Translations under genes and position numbers: made by a program | Source of the DNA: Rhizophagus irregularis | Lineage: Eukaryota | DNA length: 64,000 bases | NCBI RefSeq assembly: GCF_026210795.1 | Contig: NC_089435.1 | Span: 620,001-684,000 of the forward strand | Reading direction: 5' to 3' | Part shown: positions 51,956 through 64,000 of the stretch, in pieces | Position numbering within the stretch: the stretch's first letter is position 1 | Layout of the letters: every line of letters starts with the position of its first letter | The notes under the pieces: model-generated | The model's database searches: none | Told to the model about the DNA's origin: nothing | Seen by the model: the letters and a program-made list of their open reading frames with translations, nothing else

Positions 51956-52749
51956 AATAAAATAATTTTACCTTTTTTGCGACACGATAATCATGTTTTA
52001 TTTCCTCATTAAAACATTTTTTTTTATTTTTAGAAATAACAATCAAAATTATTATTAAACGACTTCAGTATTTAAAATAAATATTATATATATATATATA
52101 TAAATCCCAATTTTGTATAGTAATGTGACAGATCATCGGGAACATTTGCTGGTCGAGTGGGTATTTTAGAGGTTTATGTTTATGAATACGTAGACTAATT
52201 ACCATAAATAAAATATCGATCCCTATGAGAGTAAATAAATATATATATATAATAATAATATGACCATCATTATAAATAATTAAAAGTTAAATAAATTTTC
52301 ATTAAAAAGAATCAACATTAAAGAATCCTGTAAATTTTGTAAATTATAGGCAAATTTTCTATTGCTTCTCTAAATTTTTGTTTGAAAATTTATTAAGAAA
52401 GTTCTATAAAATAAATGCTTAACTTGTCCCCTGAGTTAGTAAATAACTTGGGTTATATCACCCCCTAAAATTTATATTTTACATTAATATAATTTTTTTT
52501 AAAAAAAAAAAATTATTTGTGTTATTATTCATTTCACTTTATATAGATTTTATTTATTTGGATATTATAGAACATAATGACCAAGTTTTCTTACATTTTT
52601 GATGTCTCTCATTTTTTATTGTAATCATCAAAAATTTACATTTTTTTTTTTTGAAAACTTGAGCAAAATTATATAATTATATAAAATCGATTAATAGGTT
52701 AAGTCACCCAGGTTAAATTACCCTGGGTTAAAATTAGTCTCATACATAA

Positions 52750-52960
52750 ATAAATAAATAAAAAATCGCGTCTTTAAAGCGCCTAATCTAACCGATTCTG
52801 GCTTAGATTAAATTGAATAATTAATTAGATTTTTTTGTGATACATTACGTTACATTACGTTACATTACGGAACAATTTTAATAAACTATTGTAAGATGTA
52901 CAATAAATTTTACTATTTTATTGTTAATGTTTCATATTTATTACATTAGTATCATTTAAT
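52750..52960. repeat. Dispersed repeat, inverted copy of ~17630-17890
   Basis: Direct comparison; carries a local (tacattacgt)x3 expansion. Confidence 0.8.
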
Positions 52961-53487
52961 AATAGATGATATGTAATATCAAAAGTTGTAAAATATATAT
53001 TATCAGTTATTCATATTATTAGTATTATAATAAAATTATTAGATAATCATCAAACCGATAATATTATGGGAGTATTGAAGTAAGAACTTATCATATTTAA
53101 TACGTTTGACTCATTAATCACATAAATCTCATAAATCACATAATGACGCAATTGACAAATTACGACAAAATTACTCAAATTAATGTCATTTATCATAATT
53201 TTAAAATCATTATTGTTAAATAATTTAGGATTATGACAAATCTTTTAATGGTAGGTCATTTACTAAATACTTTTTGTTATTATATGTCATAACTTAATAG
53301 CGTCCTGAAACTTCAGAAAAGTGTCATGAACAAATATGGAAAGAATCGCCTCTGAAATGGTATATATATATTGCAATATTGTAATTATAAATTTGTTAAA
53401 AAGTATAAATAATTAATTTTTCTCAATCATAATATTTGGATATATATAAGTACATCGTCCGCGTTTCCGTCCCTTTTTAAAGAAAAA

Positions 53488-54894
53488 ATGGTGTATTTAA
53501 TTAATGACGTGCTTTACTCAATATTTGAAGAATTAAGAAATGACAAAAAATCTCTTTATTCATGTCTTTTAGTAGACAGGACTTGGTGTGTAGTAGCAGT
53601 GCCAATTTTATGGAAAAATCCTACACGAACTGATAATCCTAATTATTATTTATCAGAAAAAGTAGTGTGTGCATTATTTAATGTAATATACTCACATTTA
53701 CCTGTAGAATTAAGAGAATATGATATTGAAACATATCAACATCCTTCATTTAATTACATTAACTTCTGGAGACATTTAGACTTTGATCATTTAAACTGTA
53801 TAATTGAACGAAAATTGATTGGAACGTCCAACGACTCCATCGTGTCTAACATAAGAAATGAGATGTTAAAATTATTTATTAATAGGGATACAAAGTTTAC
53901 TCATCTTTCCATTTACATAAATTATGATTGCCAACTCTATCAAATTTCAGGAACTGAGCATTGTTTTTCAGAGCTTGAATCTTTTTGTTATACAGGCAAT
54001 AGTGATCAGAGTATTTTAGAAGGATTAGCTAAAATATGCAAATCAATTAAAAAATTAGTATTTGATATTATTCGTTACCCCACTGATAACTCCGGATTCA
54101 TTAAACTAATTGAAGTACAAAAAAATCTAAATGACGTTTGTATCTTCCATATATATGATGGAGATGATCCAAATAATTCATTTTACAAAACTCTTGAAGA
54201 AATATTGATTAAGCATGCAAATACTCTCAAATATTTGAGAATTGATTGGAAACCTATTACAAGATTTCTTTCATATCTTGTAAATTTATTAAGTTTAGAA
54301 ATTAGAATTCCTCACTTAGTATATTATAATGAGCCAGATAATTTAAAAAATTTATCATTTCCTAATTTAAGAATCCTCAAAGTTCGACAAATTCCTTCTA
54401 AAATTATAACAAATTTAATTGAAAGTACAAAAGGAAATCTTGTTAAAATTAAAATTAAATATTGTGATAGTGATAATATAAAAAGACTTATTCAAGCAAT
54501 TTATCAGAATTGTCCAAATCTTGAATATCTAAAATTATCATTATTATCTAATGCTGATTTAATTTTTCCGGAATTTGAAGATTTATTAATTAAATGTAAA
54601 TTTTTAAATGGATTAGTTTTTAATACATATGATGATAAATTTGATTGGGTTAATTTATTCTCAATATTAACTAAATCATCACCAATTAGTTTGATTAATT
54701 TTAAATTTTTTTCTATTAAGGTACAATATATAAAAGATGTAACATTATTTCTTAATAATTGGAAAGATAGGTATCCAATATCTTTAAGTTTAACTAATCA
54801 TAATCTAAATTACTATGAAGTAAAACAACAATTACAAGATTATAAAACGAAAGGTATTATAAAAAAATGTTACTTTAATAGCGGAGAAATTTGA
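53488..54894 (+). CDS. F-box / LRR(RNI)-like protein
   Basis: LINDVLYSIFEEL..SLYSCLLVDRTWCVVAVPILWKNP; Leu-rich repeats such as CPNLEYLKL. Confidence 0.85.
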   Translation: MVYLINDVLYSIFEELRNDKKSLYSCLLVDRTWCVVAVPILWKNPTRTDNPNYYLSEKVVCALFNVIYSHLPVELREYDIETYQHPSFNYINFWRHLDFDHLNCIIERKLIGTSNDSIVSNIRNEMLKLFINRDTKFTHLSIYINYDCQLYQISGTEHCFSELESFCYTGNSDQSILEGLAKICKSIKKLVFDIIRYPTDNSGFIKLIEVQKNLNDVCIFHIYDGDDPNNSFYKTLEEILIKHANTLKYLRIDWKPITRFLSYLVNLLSLEIRIPHLVYYNEPDNLKNLSFPNLRILKVRQIPSKIITNLIESTKGNLVKIKIKYCDSDNIKRLIQAIYQNCPNLEYLKLSLLSNADLIFPEFEDLLIKCKFLNGLVFNTYDDKFDWVNLFSILTKSSPISLINFKFFSIKVQYIKDVTLFLNNWKDRYPISLSLTNHNLNYYEVKQQLQDYKTKGIIKKCYFNSGEI

Positions 54895-55103
54895 AAAAAT
54901 GATAATAATTTTTTATTTTATGCAACAATAAAATTTTAATCTAATGAATTTCAATACAACTTGAATTTATCTGAATAGGTTTATTTTCTTAAATTTCTCA
55001 TGGACATGTTTAATATCTTCAAAATAAAGCAATAAAGCGAATAAGGCGTGTATATTTATGCATTTACACGCCCGTTTCCCTTTTCATAAGTATGAAAACT
55101 GAC

Positions 55104-55290
55104 CGGTTACGACACGATTTCCTGACGGATGATTTCCCGACAGGACATTTGCCGACAGGTTTGGGCAGAGTTATGTGCGAACACGTGATCAAACGGCCAA
55201 GCGTTTAGGCTATCGGGAAAATGTGCTGTCGGGAATGCGTTAGCGGGTTAGCGACTTGTCGTATTTGTCGTATGCAAGTTGAGTTGAACC
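55104..55290. mobile_element. Short degenerate MITE
   Basis: GC-rich island; ttcccgaca-type repeats at left mirrored by tgtcgggaa at right; ggtt...aacc ends. Confidence 0.5.
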
Positions 55291-55797
55291 GCGCCACTTT
55301 AATATGCATCGTCACATACTATGATTTTATCACTATGTGATATTGTGTGCACAATTAACTACGCGTCTTATATCTCTCGGATGCATGATAATCTATATTT
55401 GTCACTATCCCATGATTATTTATAGCATGATTATAAAATCCTAAATAAATAGCCAATAGCTATTAGATAATTTATTATGTTTATTTATAGATTTTAGGAT
55501 TTTTAATTACTACGCATCGGTAAATTTGGAGAAATTCTCTCGGAGGCTCTTTTTAACTATTTAACCAATTTAGTAAGTAAGCGCCAATTTCATTGACGTT
55601 TCTTTAGTATAATGCCGGTATCCTCCCGTCTGCTCGACATATTTTTATTCGTAAATAAAGAACGCTAATTTCATTGATAAATCTTTAGTATAATGATCCT
55701 CCCGTTTGCTCGACAGATTTTTATTCGTAAATCATAGTATTCAAAAAATATAAAATGCGCTAAAAAAAGTCTCTCTCAAAAATCTCAATAAAACAAT

Positions 55798-56202
55798 ATG
55801 AATCAATTTTTTCCTACTAGTAAACAAATACAAAATCTTGCTAATAAAGCAAGAAATGGTACACTTGTTCAAATATTAACTGGAAAAGATTTGCTCAAAC
55901 CGAACCTAGAGCGTAAATTGCTATTAAATAATCAACATAGTACAATCAATGTTGATGAAATTTGGGCACATTTGACTACGTCACAACAAAAGCGTCTTTC
56001 AGATTTTGCAGATGACATAAATAATATTCGAAATTCTTCCTTTATCGAGTTAATCGCTCGAATCAATACATCAAAAACCAATACCACTTTAGGAACTTTA
56101 GGAAATAATTTTTTTAGTGGAACAAATTTTCAAGAAAATAATAGTGTAGAATCTTTGATTTTACCTTTAGGTATGGTTTACTTACAATTCTCAAGTTTTT
56201 AA
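55798..56202 (+). CDS. Hypothetical protein, possibly a degenerate HMG-box
   Basis: 134-aa ORF with an A-rich start context; EIWAHLTTSQQKRLSDFA resembles HMG helix 3. Confidence 0.4.
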   Translation: MNQFFPTSKQIQNLANKARNGTLVQILTGKDLLKPNLERKLLLNNQHSTINVDEIWAHLTTSQQKRLSDFADDINNIRNSSFIELIARINTSKTNTTLGTLGNNFFSGTNFQENNSVESLILPLGMVYLQFSSF

Positions 56203-57022
56203 TAAAGTATTAAACACCATTTGTTTCATTATTACATTAAGGTACGATTTACGAAAGATCCTTTCAATGAATCATGGTTTATTAGAGAACCTTTTAATAA
56301 AATTTCACTTTTCGAGTTTCCGTTAAAGTATTCAAAATATCACCTTTTCACTATTACCTTTAGGCATGATTTACGAAAGATCCTTTAAATATTTCACTTC
56401 TCGATCAACTATCAATATATAAGAATAAGTTTTTTTTTTTTAAGAATATTATGTTTAACGATACTTTATGATTTATTGTGTGTATAACATAAAATTTTTC
56501 ATGTCTCTATAAAATTTAAGTTTTTATTCATAAGATTTCTTCTAAATATATATACGTAAATATATTTTAAAAATTTATTTGTATTTTCTTAATTTTCAAA
56601 TATTTTGTTACAAAAGGTATAATAAAATTATTATGAAATTATGAAAAATAATTGTTTTTTATTTATTCTCAAAGTATAATCAAAGTATGAAAGTATCTAT
56701 AATTAGTATTAATTACTTTACTTTTTTATCAAAGGAAAAAAAATAAAATATTATGATAAAGTATAAAAAAGGAACTAATTGTGTAACCTTTTTTAGTCGG
56801 GATAAGCACATTGTAACTTAAAAAAATATTTATATAATATAAAATTCAAACATTTATTAAAGCTTTCATCTTGAAGGTATATTCACAACATGTTCATACA
56901 ATATTCTAAAAAGAGCGACTATTTAAAAGATACAGGTTACAGAATTATTCAAAAGTTTATTGTCGATGTCCGTCATTTTTAATTGAAAGGACTATCATTT
57001 CCAATTTCAGATTGGAATTTGC

Positions 57023-57502
57023 TAGAGTTTGGAACCGGTTGCACCAACCGGTTTAAAAATCGGTTCCAACCGATTTTTTGACAATTCGGTTTGACCCGAA
57101 TTCATATTCTGAAACCGGTTTGCGTTTAAAACGGGTGCAACCGGATTTCCAACCCGGTTTGATATTGAAACTTTATAGTGCTGGCCCGAATTACGAATTA
57201 AATCACGTGACCACGGCTAAATAGTTTAGCCACCGGGTAAGTTATGTTACACAAAATTTTATTACAGATAATTGTGTCCCACAAAATTTCGTATTGTGTT
57301 ACACAAGGGTTGTAATTCCGGCCGGAATTATAACTTGGCCAGATTTACGCCGATCACATTTAATTCTGGCCGGAATCATCAAATATATACGATTCGGTTA
57401 TTCGGTTTCAATCGGGTTTTGCGAAATCGGTTTGAAACGGATCGAACCGGTTGCACCCGTTTTAAATTCGGTTTTCGAAAATAGAACCGGTTCCAAACTC
57501 TA
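57023..57502. mobile_element. hAT-type MITE (480 bp)
   Basis: TIR TAGAGTTTGGAACCGGTT/AACCGGTTCCAAACTCTA; perfect 8-bp TSD gaatttgc; aaccgg subterminal repeats. Confidence 0.93.
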
Positions 57503-58107
57503 GAATTTGCATCTTATTTCATCCCTTTTCGGGTATAGCGTCAACAACGCGAATCATACAATTTTAGTTCTATTATAAATGAAATTAATAAAATGTAAGC
57601 GTCTGAATCCAAAATCATCAAATATATGACAACAGGAAATTAATCAAAAGAAAGTTTGTACTCGGAGCGGGCATTAGCAGTTGGCACTCTCCGATTTCTC
57701 GTACTCCCCGAGTTCAAACTAGCCAAATTAATCACACACAAATACCCCTTTTTTTGATAAGGCGTAATAGATGAAATGATCTACATTTGATGATGATTTG
57801 AAATTTTGAATCAAAAAAAAATCTTCTAAAAAAATATTTTTGAAAGTAATTTTTAAATGAGTGATTTCCAGTTTCTTATCACATACGACATATCATGCAT
57901 CACCGGAATTACATTTAACCTGTCTAAATCGATGACCTAATTCCACTCATATCAAGTGAGATCATCGCTGCTTTTATATTTCAATAAAAGAAGTCGATTT
58001 TATTCACAAAAAAAAAAAAGTTTCTTTGTGGACATTTTTTTACGAAAATGATTTTGGCATTATACAACCATAAAGATGACCGAATATCTGATGCATAAGT
58101 ACGTATG

Positions 58108-58336
58108 ACTAGGAAAATGGAAACGTTTAAGTCCTTCGCGTTGCATAACTCTCAAGTGTTACGTGATCTACGTATTTATTTAGAGGTCAAATAAGTAGTG
58201 TTACATAAATCGTGATTCGTGATACGTATTCAAAAAAGGAAGTAAATTGTCGATTGTGACAGGGACAAAAACGGGGTTAAACCAAATGTTGCTAGTTTAG
58301 TACGGTAAATTGTCCTTCGCTAACGCTTCGGACAAT
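58108..58336 (+). mobile_element. Helentron/HINE-like element, copy 2
   Basis: Colinear with 21936-22188, same ends, different flanks. Confidence 0.6.
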
Positions 58337-60405
58337 ATGATTAATCGTCTTCTCAAATCTCAATATCTCCGTTATTGTTATAAAAATTTTTATATTAACA
58401 ACGTTATTATTTAATAAAAATAATCTTGTTAATTTGAAAAAAAAAAGATGTTATTCGATAATTTTATAATTGAGTCAGCCCAAAAATAAACGCTAAAATT
58501 AAATATAAATTTAAACAAGAATAATATGTCATAATGATACTGCCACATGTTCCGTTTTTTTTTCATTGTAATAAGTAATTCACTTCCGTATTAAAATAAA
58601 AATGCATTCAAGTGTATGTATTAATAATTGTCCATCGAATCTACGCACTACGTGATTGTCAGTGACCGTCCAAACTATACAAAACCTTCATCAATTTAGC
58701 CGGCTAAACAATTTCTTTAACAAATTAACCGATCCTAACTTATAGTATGCACATATTTTTACAAAAAAAAAAAATATTTGTACCATCCTTTTTTATATTA
58801 TTAAACGATAATTACGAAAGGTTACCGACTTGTCAATTTCCAGGTGTTACTCTAAACCAAATCCTCCGAAACATCTAATTTCGTATAAATTATTAACTTT
58901 TTACTCACCCAGTTTCCTAATAAGAAAAATTGATCACGCTCAGTTGTTCACAAGAATTTTTATATACGGAGTCTTCAGTCTAGATTGCAGTAAGACAATA
59001 GTATATTAATAACTCAAATTATTTTTATATATCTTAATTTGTAAATTTTATTAAATTATTCAAATTAATGATATCACTAACCAAATGTGGCTTAACATTT
59101 AGATATCGTCGAAATTTACTAATTACACCATTTCGGCATTTCGACATCCTATAAAAAAATTTTATCCGTTATTTCTGTTGATACATTCAAAATAACAAGT
59201 TGAAAGATGTATTGAAACAGGAATCTACTACTAATTTTTTGAAGTCCTTTTTATTATATGCTAAAATGGATAACGCTAACCTAACAGTTACTAAACGTAT
59301 TCAACATATGCCAGAAAAATATCTAGAATACAGTATATCAAGAATTATAAAGATGGCAAATTCTCCGTAAAATGATTGATGTGAATTAGTGAATCAATCG
59401 TGACCAGAGTGATCGAGCGGTGAACGGTGAACGGTTATGTTAACTACCATAGTGCGGGCCTAAACTATGGGTTTGACATGGCCGACTCTATAATTGTTCT
59501 GGCCGGCATTACATATCACGTGCGTTCGAGTCAAAAACCGAGCTCAACGTAATCGAATTTTTAATTTTTGAATTCACTTTTCATATTTCCAGGTGAAGTG
59601 ACGTAAGTATTTCGTAGTAAAAATTATGTACGCGAAATTGAAATATTAAATATAAAATGATCAAAGGTAATTAAAAATCAATTAATAACTAATAATTAAA
59701 AGCAAAGATATTTCTTATATTTATAATTTATTTATCATTAGGTATAATATTATTAAAAAATTGTAAAAATAACATTTTTAACAAATTATACATTCCTATT
59801 TATCTGTTATTATGCAATAAATTAAACGTTTCTCAAAGATATATATATATATTGTCTATGACCATTAACAAGCAATTTGATAATTATGTTACAGTAGTAA
59901 AGAATCTCCTGTATTTTTTTCAATTTCCAGAACGGCATGAAGATAAATTTAATTTTTAGAGATTGTACGCACTATATTCTTTGACTTTTCCCCAAAGCTA
60001 ACTGCATAAATTAGTAGAACATTTCTTTTTAGCAAAAATTATGAATTTTATTATGATAATCGTGATAATTATGTCATGGTAGTAAAGAATCTCATTTCAT
60101 TTTATATATCTTTAGGAACATCACGAAGAAAATTAAATTTTCAGGCATTTCGTTTCCATTAAGTGTATGAAATACTGTCATGTACTAAAGTTAATAGTTC
60201 AAAATATGATCAAATGATCTTTTTGGTTTCCATAAAAAGTGTAGTAAATTTTATTCACAGTAATATAAATGATTGTCGTTCAGAGTGGAAATTTCTATAT
60301 TAAGGTGACGCAAGGTCGGTAAATCACAAATCCGATTTTTTTATTTCTTATATATTTATATAATTGACCCATAAAAATGTATTTTATAATATCATGTGAT
60401 AAACC

Positions 60406-60681
60406 TAGAGATGCGAAAATTTCAATTTATAATGCATTATGCATAATACGCATAATCAGTCAAAAAAAAAAAAATGCAAAAAATTTATTATAATACACTT
60501 TCTTCATTTTTATTACAAATATTCATCTTTATAATTACTTTATCTGACCAGAATTACAATGTAATTTTTACTAAAATTATAATTTTGGCCAAAATAAAAA
60601 TTGAGTGCAATATTCACCACCTAATATCATGCGCATTATACGCATTATGCGATACTATATAATGCGTATAGCACATCTCTA
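60406..60681. mobile_element. hAT-type MITE (276 bp)
   Basis: TAGAGATG/CATCTCTA ends; perfect 8-bp TSD gataaacc; gcattat/gcataat subterminal repeats. Confidence 0.85.
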
Positions 60682-60903
60682 GATAAACCAGATAAACCGC
60701 ATTTGCTTTAATGACCCCCTAAATCTGACAGTTTGTTTTAGTTTTTTTTTTCTTTTCTTATTTCCTATTTCTATATATATGTACTTGGTGTTCATATGAT
60801 TAATAATGATTGCCGGTCTGCTTGAAAATTTTGCGATGTAATATGTGACAAGGCTTCCACGGGATAGTTTCTATGCAAACTTTTTATTTTCATTGGTATT
60901 TAT

Positions 60904-61118
60904 AGGACCCAGAAATATATATAAGGTTTGCGTATCTTGAACTAAAAAAAATCATCCTTTTTTAGATAATTTTTGATAATTCCAGTCAGAATTTATTTCC
61001 TATTATAGTAACCGACTGACATTATCATAATTCCGGCAATGAAAAAATGCGTACAGCTCATAGTAAAAATTTTTTCATCACCTGACCCCTATATATATAT
61101 ATCGTATTTCTGGGTCCT
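60904..61118. mobile_element. AGGACCCAGAAATA MITE, copy 2 (inverted relative to 41916-42147)
   Basis: Interior is the reverse complement of copy 1. Confidence 0.85.
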
Positions 61119-61175
61119 GTTACTCCTGTATTTATCAATCTTATTTCCCTAATTTAATTTCTTGTTCCGATTGAT

Positions 61176-61262
61176 CCCTATAAAAAAAATTCTCATTTTT
61201 CTAGTTTTTATTCCGAAGAAACTCGGTCACGTGATCATTTTTCTGAAAATTTTTTTATAGGG
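61176..61262. mobile_element. 87-bp CCCTA mini-element
   Basis: ccctataaaaaaaatt...aattttttataggg; 3-bp TSD GAT. Confidence 0.8.
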
Positions 61263-61565
61263 GATTTGGTAAATCTCTTATTTGCTACGCCGCAGAGGAA
61301 CTTTTGAAGATGTTTCGTATCATTCTCAAACTCTTCGTTTATTATTGTATATAAAGTAATTCAATTCTCTTGACTTCATACTTACAATTTCATCCTCTAT
61401 TACTGTAAGATTTGAACCGTAGTAATTTCTCAAGTGAACGAAGTGATCGACATGCATAAATTAATTGTGCAACAATATCGGAGTCGTAACTCCGAAATGC
61501 ATGAATTTAACCACAAACCAAACTTCAAACAAAAACCTCTCCTTCCCTTTCTCTTTTTACTTAAT

Positions 61566-63233
61566 ATGGCGTGCTCAAAAATATTTTCAGGAGAATTACC
61601 CGAAATATTGAGCGATATTATGCAATATTTTCGGAATGATTTTTCAACATTACATTCTTGTATCTTAGTCAATAGATTATGGTGTCATTTGGCAATTCCA
61701 TTATTATGGGAAAATCCATTTTCAATTATATCTCGTAAAAACAATTATAACATTGAATATCATAAAATTCGTTTTATTGAAATTTATTTGATTAATTTAA
61801 ATGATAATGATAAAATAAAATTAAATGAATTTGGTATAAATCATTTAATTCCTTTAAATACATTATTTAATTATCCTAGTTTTATTCAACATTTAGATGG
61901 ACGTTTGATTGGTGATTGTATTGAAAACTGGGCTGCAGCTGTTAAAAAGGAAAAATCTTTATTTTGGTTTGTTAAGAATATACAAAATTCAGATTTCATA
62001 AAATTTATTCATAAATCATTAATTGAAATATTCATTGAGAATGAAGCGAATTTATATACTTTTAATGTTACACATTATCATGATTATTTTGATATTGTTT
62101 CTGAATCAGTTTTACAAAATCCACATTTTATTCGTAATATTAAAATTCTTTATCTTAAAATTAGTACTCCTTTATTAAAAGTTTTAAGTTCTAATTGCAA
62201 TTCAATTTCATCACTTTATAATCCAAGATTTAAAGATAATACAGATATTGAATATTTATCACAATTAATTAAATCACAAAAAAATCTTAAAAAAATTTGT
62301 TTCGTTAAAAAATTTCCTCCAATATTATTAAATTCAAATTGTTTAAACACTTTAAACACAATTATATTTCTTTATATTAATTTTAATAATATAAATATTT
62401 TAAATGAAGTATTCGAACAATTAAATGTTTTAGAATCTGTTCATATTATGTATTGTTATTCTTTAGATTCTAATTTTATTCAACAAATAATTAATTTAAG
62501 TAAACCATTTAAATTAAAATCCTTATTTGTAGATGAAATATTCGAGTCAATAGAATTATTATTACAAAAATCTGGAGATTATTTAGAAAATTTTGGATTA
62601 TCATTTGAACCTAATACTACATATTATAATGATGTATCAGATTCACAACTCCTTGAAGCAAAATCACAACTACTTAAATTAATCACAAGATATTGTACAA
62701 AAGTTAAATTCTTTGAATTAATTGAATTTAATAATAATCAAAATATTTATTTAACATTCGACTTAATTGAAAGCATTAAACAAAACCTTAATTATCTTAC
62801 TATTGATATAAATTACGATTTTGGATCAGGTTTTAATAGAGATACTGAACTTAGCTCAATTGTACTACAAAATTTAGGTCAAATACTTCCTTTTAAATTA
62901 GAATATTTAGATTTGACTCTTGTTATGAATACTACTGATTTTGAAATATTTTTGATAAATTCTCAAGATACTTTTATCAAGAAATTATTATTTAGTAATA
63001 TAATAGATAGAACACGAGAAGAAGTTAGACAAGACAATTTGTTATATAATATAAAAGATCATATTATGGAAATGAAAAGAGTTAAATACTTTGCTTTTCA
63101 AAATCATTTTACTGATGATGGTGAAAATGATGAAGATTTATTTCATCTGATAGATGAAGTAAAGGAATATAATATAGTAATCCAAAATTACAATGATTTG
63201 AAAATTAAATTTATCGAATTTTTAGTAGATTAA
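61566..63233 (+). CDS. F-box / LRR-like protein (likely start MACSKIFSGELPE)
   Basis: LPEILSDIMQYFRNDFSTLHSCILVNRLWCHLAIPLLWENP; the ORF track start at 61434 is GTG, so ATG 61566 is preferred. Confidence 0.85.
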   Translation: MACSKIFSGELPEILSDIMQYFRNDFSTLHSCILVNRLWCHLAIPLLWENPFSIISRKNNYNIEYHKIRFIEIYLINLNDNDKIKLNEFGINHLIPLNTLFNYPSFIQHLDGRLIGDCIENWAAAVKKEKSLFWFVKNIQNSDFIKFIHKSLIEIFIENEANLYTFNVTHYHDYFDIVSESVLQNPHFIRNIKILYLKISTPLLKVLSSNCNSISSLYNPRFKDNTDIEYLSQLIKSQKNLKKICFVKKFPPILLNSNCLNTLNTIIFLYINFNNINILNEVFEQLNVLESVHIMYCYSLDSNFIQQIINLSKPFKLKSLFVDEIFESIELLLQKSGDYLENFGLSFEPNTTYYNDVSDSQLLEAKSQLLKLITRYCTKVKFFELIEFNNNQNIYLTFDLIESIKQNLNYLTIDINYDFGSGFNRDTELSSIVLQNLGQILPFKLEYLDLTLVMNTTDFEIFLINSQDTFIKKLLFSNIIDRTREEVRQDNLLYNIKDHIMEMKRVKYFAFQNHFTDDGENDEDLFHLIDEVKEYNIVIQNYNDLKIKFIEFLVD

Positions 63234-63639
63234 TCATTAACGGTTATTATTTGGCAGATTTTACATAATAAAGATATTTTATTTGTATACTTATGCATAA
63301 TAAAGCTACGACTCATCAAATTTTATTTATTTTTAATCAGATTTGTATTTTTTTCGCTAAAAGGAATATTCATCCAGATAATTTATTGATTAAAAGTTTA
63401 TTTCCTTCTTAAATATAAACTAATAACAGAAATAAAAAGATTACTAAATTGACAAATTCTTTCTATATAATTTCTTTACTACTAAGTAAATAAATCGGTT
63501 CAAGCAAAATAAGATAAATGCAGTTTAATATATAAACATTACTAAATTACAGGTTGTTATAATGTGTAATATCGCTTATTAGGCTAAATGAATCGTTGTT
63601 TGATTGTTAATACGAAGGGCTGTAGGGAAATTATGCAAA

Positions 63640-64000
63640 CCTATTAATGTATTTTGAATAATTTAAACTGTCCCATTTTATACCCGAATTTAAATACCAC
63701 CCAAATGCTTTTTTATCATCCTTATCTGTTCTTTTACCATATTTGCAACAATATCCTATATTATTTTGTGCTACAGCATCACCATTTTCATCCGCTTTTG
63801 TGTACCATTCAAATGTTTTTATTTTATCATCCTAGAATAGCTGATTTTGTATATACCATTCAATTGCTTCTGTTTCATCCTTATCTATTCCTATCCCATG
63901 CTCATATCAATATCCCCATTACTTTGACTCATTGCATCTCCATTTTCAGCTGATTTTAAATATCCTTTAAATGCCCTTGTTATATATTTTTTTACTCCTC
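63640..64000 (-). pseudogene. Frameshifted Sel1-repeat fragment running off the window end
   Basis: AFKGYLKSAENGDAMSQ, YEHGIGIDKDETEAIEWY, FEWYTKADENGDAVAQNNIGYC pieces in different frames. Confidence 0.65.

Overview
AT-rich eukaryotic DNA with short GT-AG introns. The gene-family content (TKL kinases with CxxC/EWIPY N-termini, Sel1-like repeats, F-box/LRR-like genes) points to an arbuscular mycorrhizal fungus (Glomeromycotina, Rhizophagus-like); this is inferred, not proven. Manual splicing recovers: an ALO/GULO-type FAD oxidase; a Cys-rich TKL kinase; a small bZIP gene missed by the ORF track; a kinase-Sel1 gene; an MLKL-like helical-bundle/pseudokinase/Sel1 gene; a 20-repeat Sel1/non-RD kinase gene; a membrane protein; and two F-box genes. 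These lie among kinase pseudogenes, many MITEs with clear TSDs, a solo LTR, Helentron-like repeats and a poly(A)-tailed retrocopy. The most notable signal is a co-oriented trio at 28-47 kb that resembles an innate-immune or necroptosis-like module: Sel1 arrays with hypervariable positions, RD and non-RD kinases, and an MLKL-like effector.
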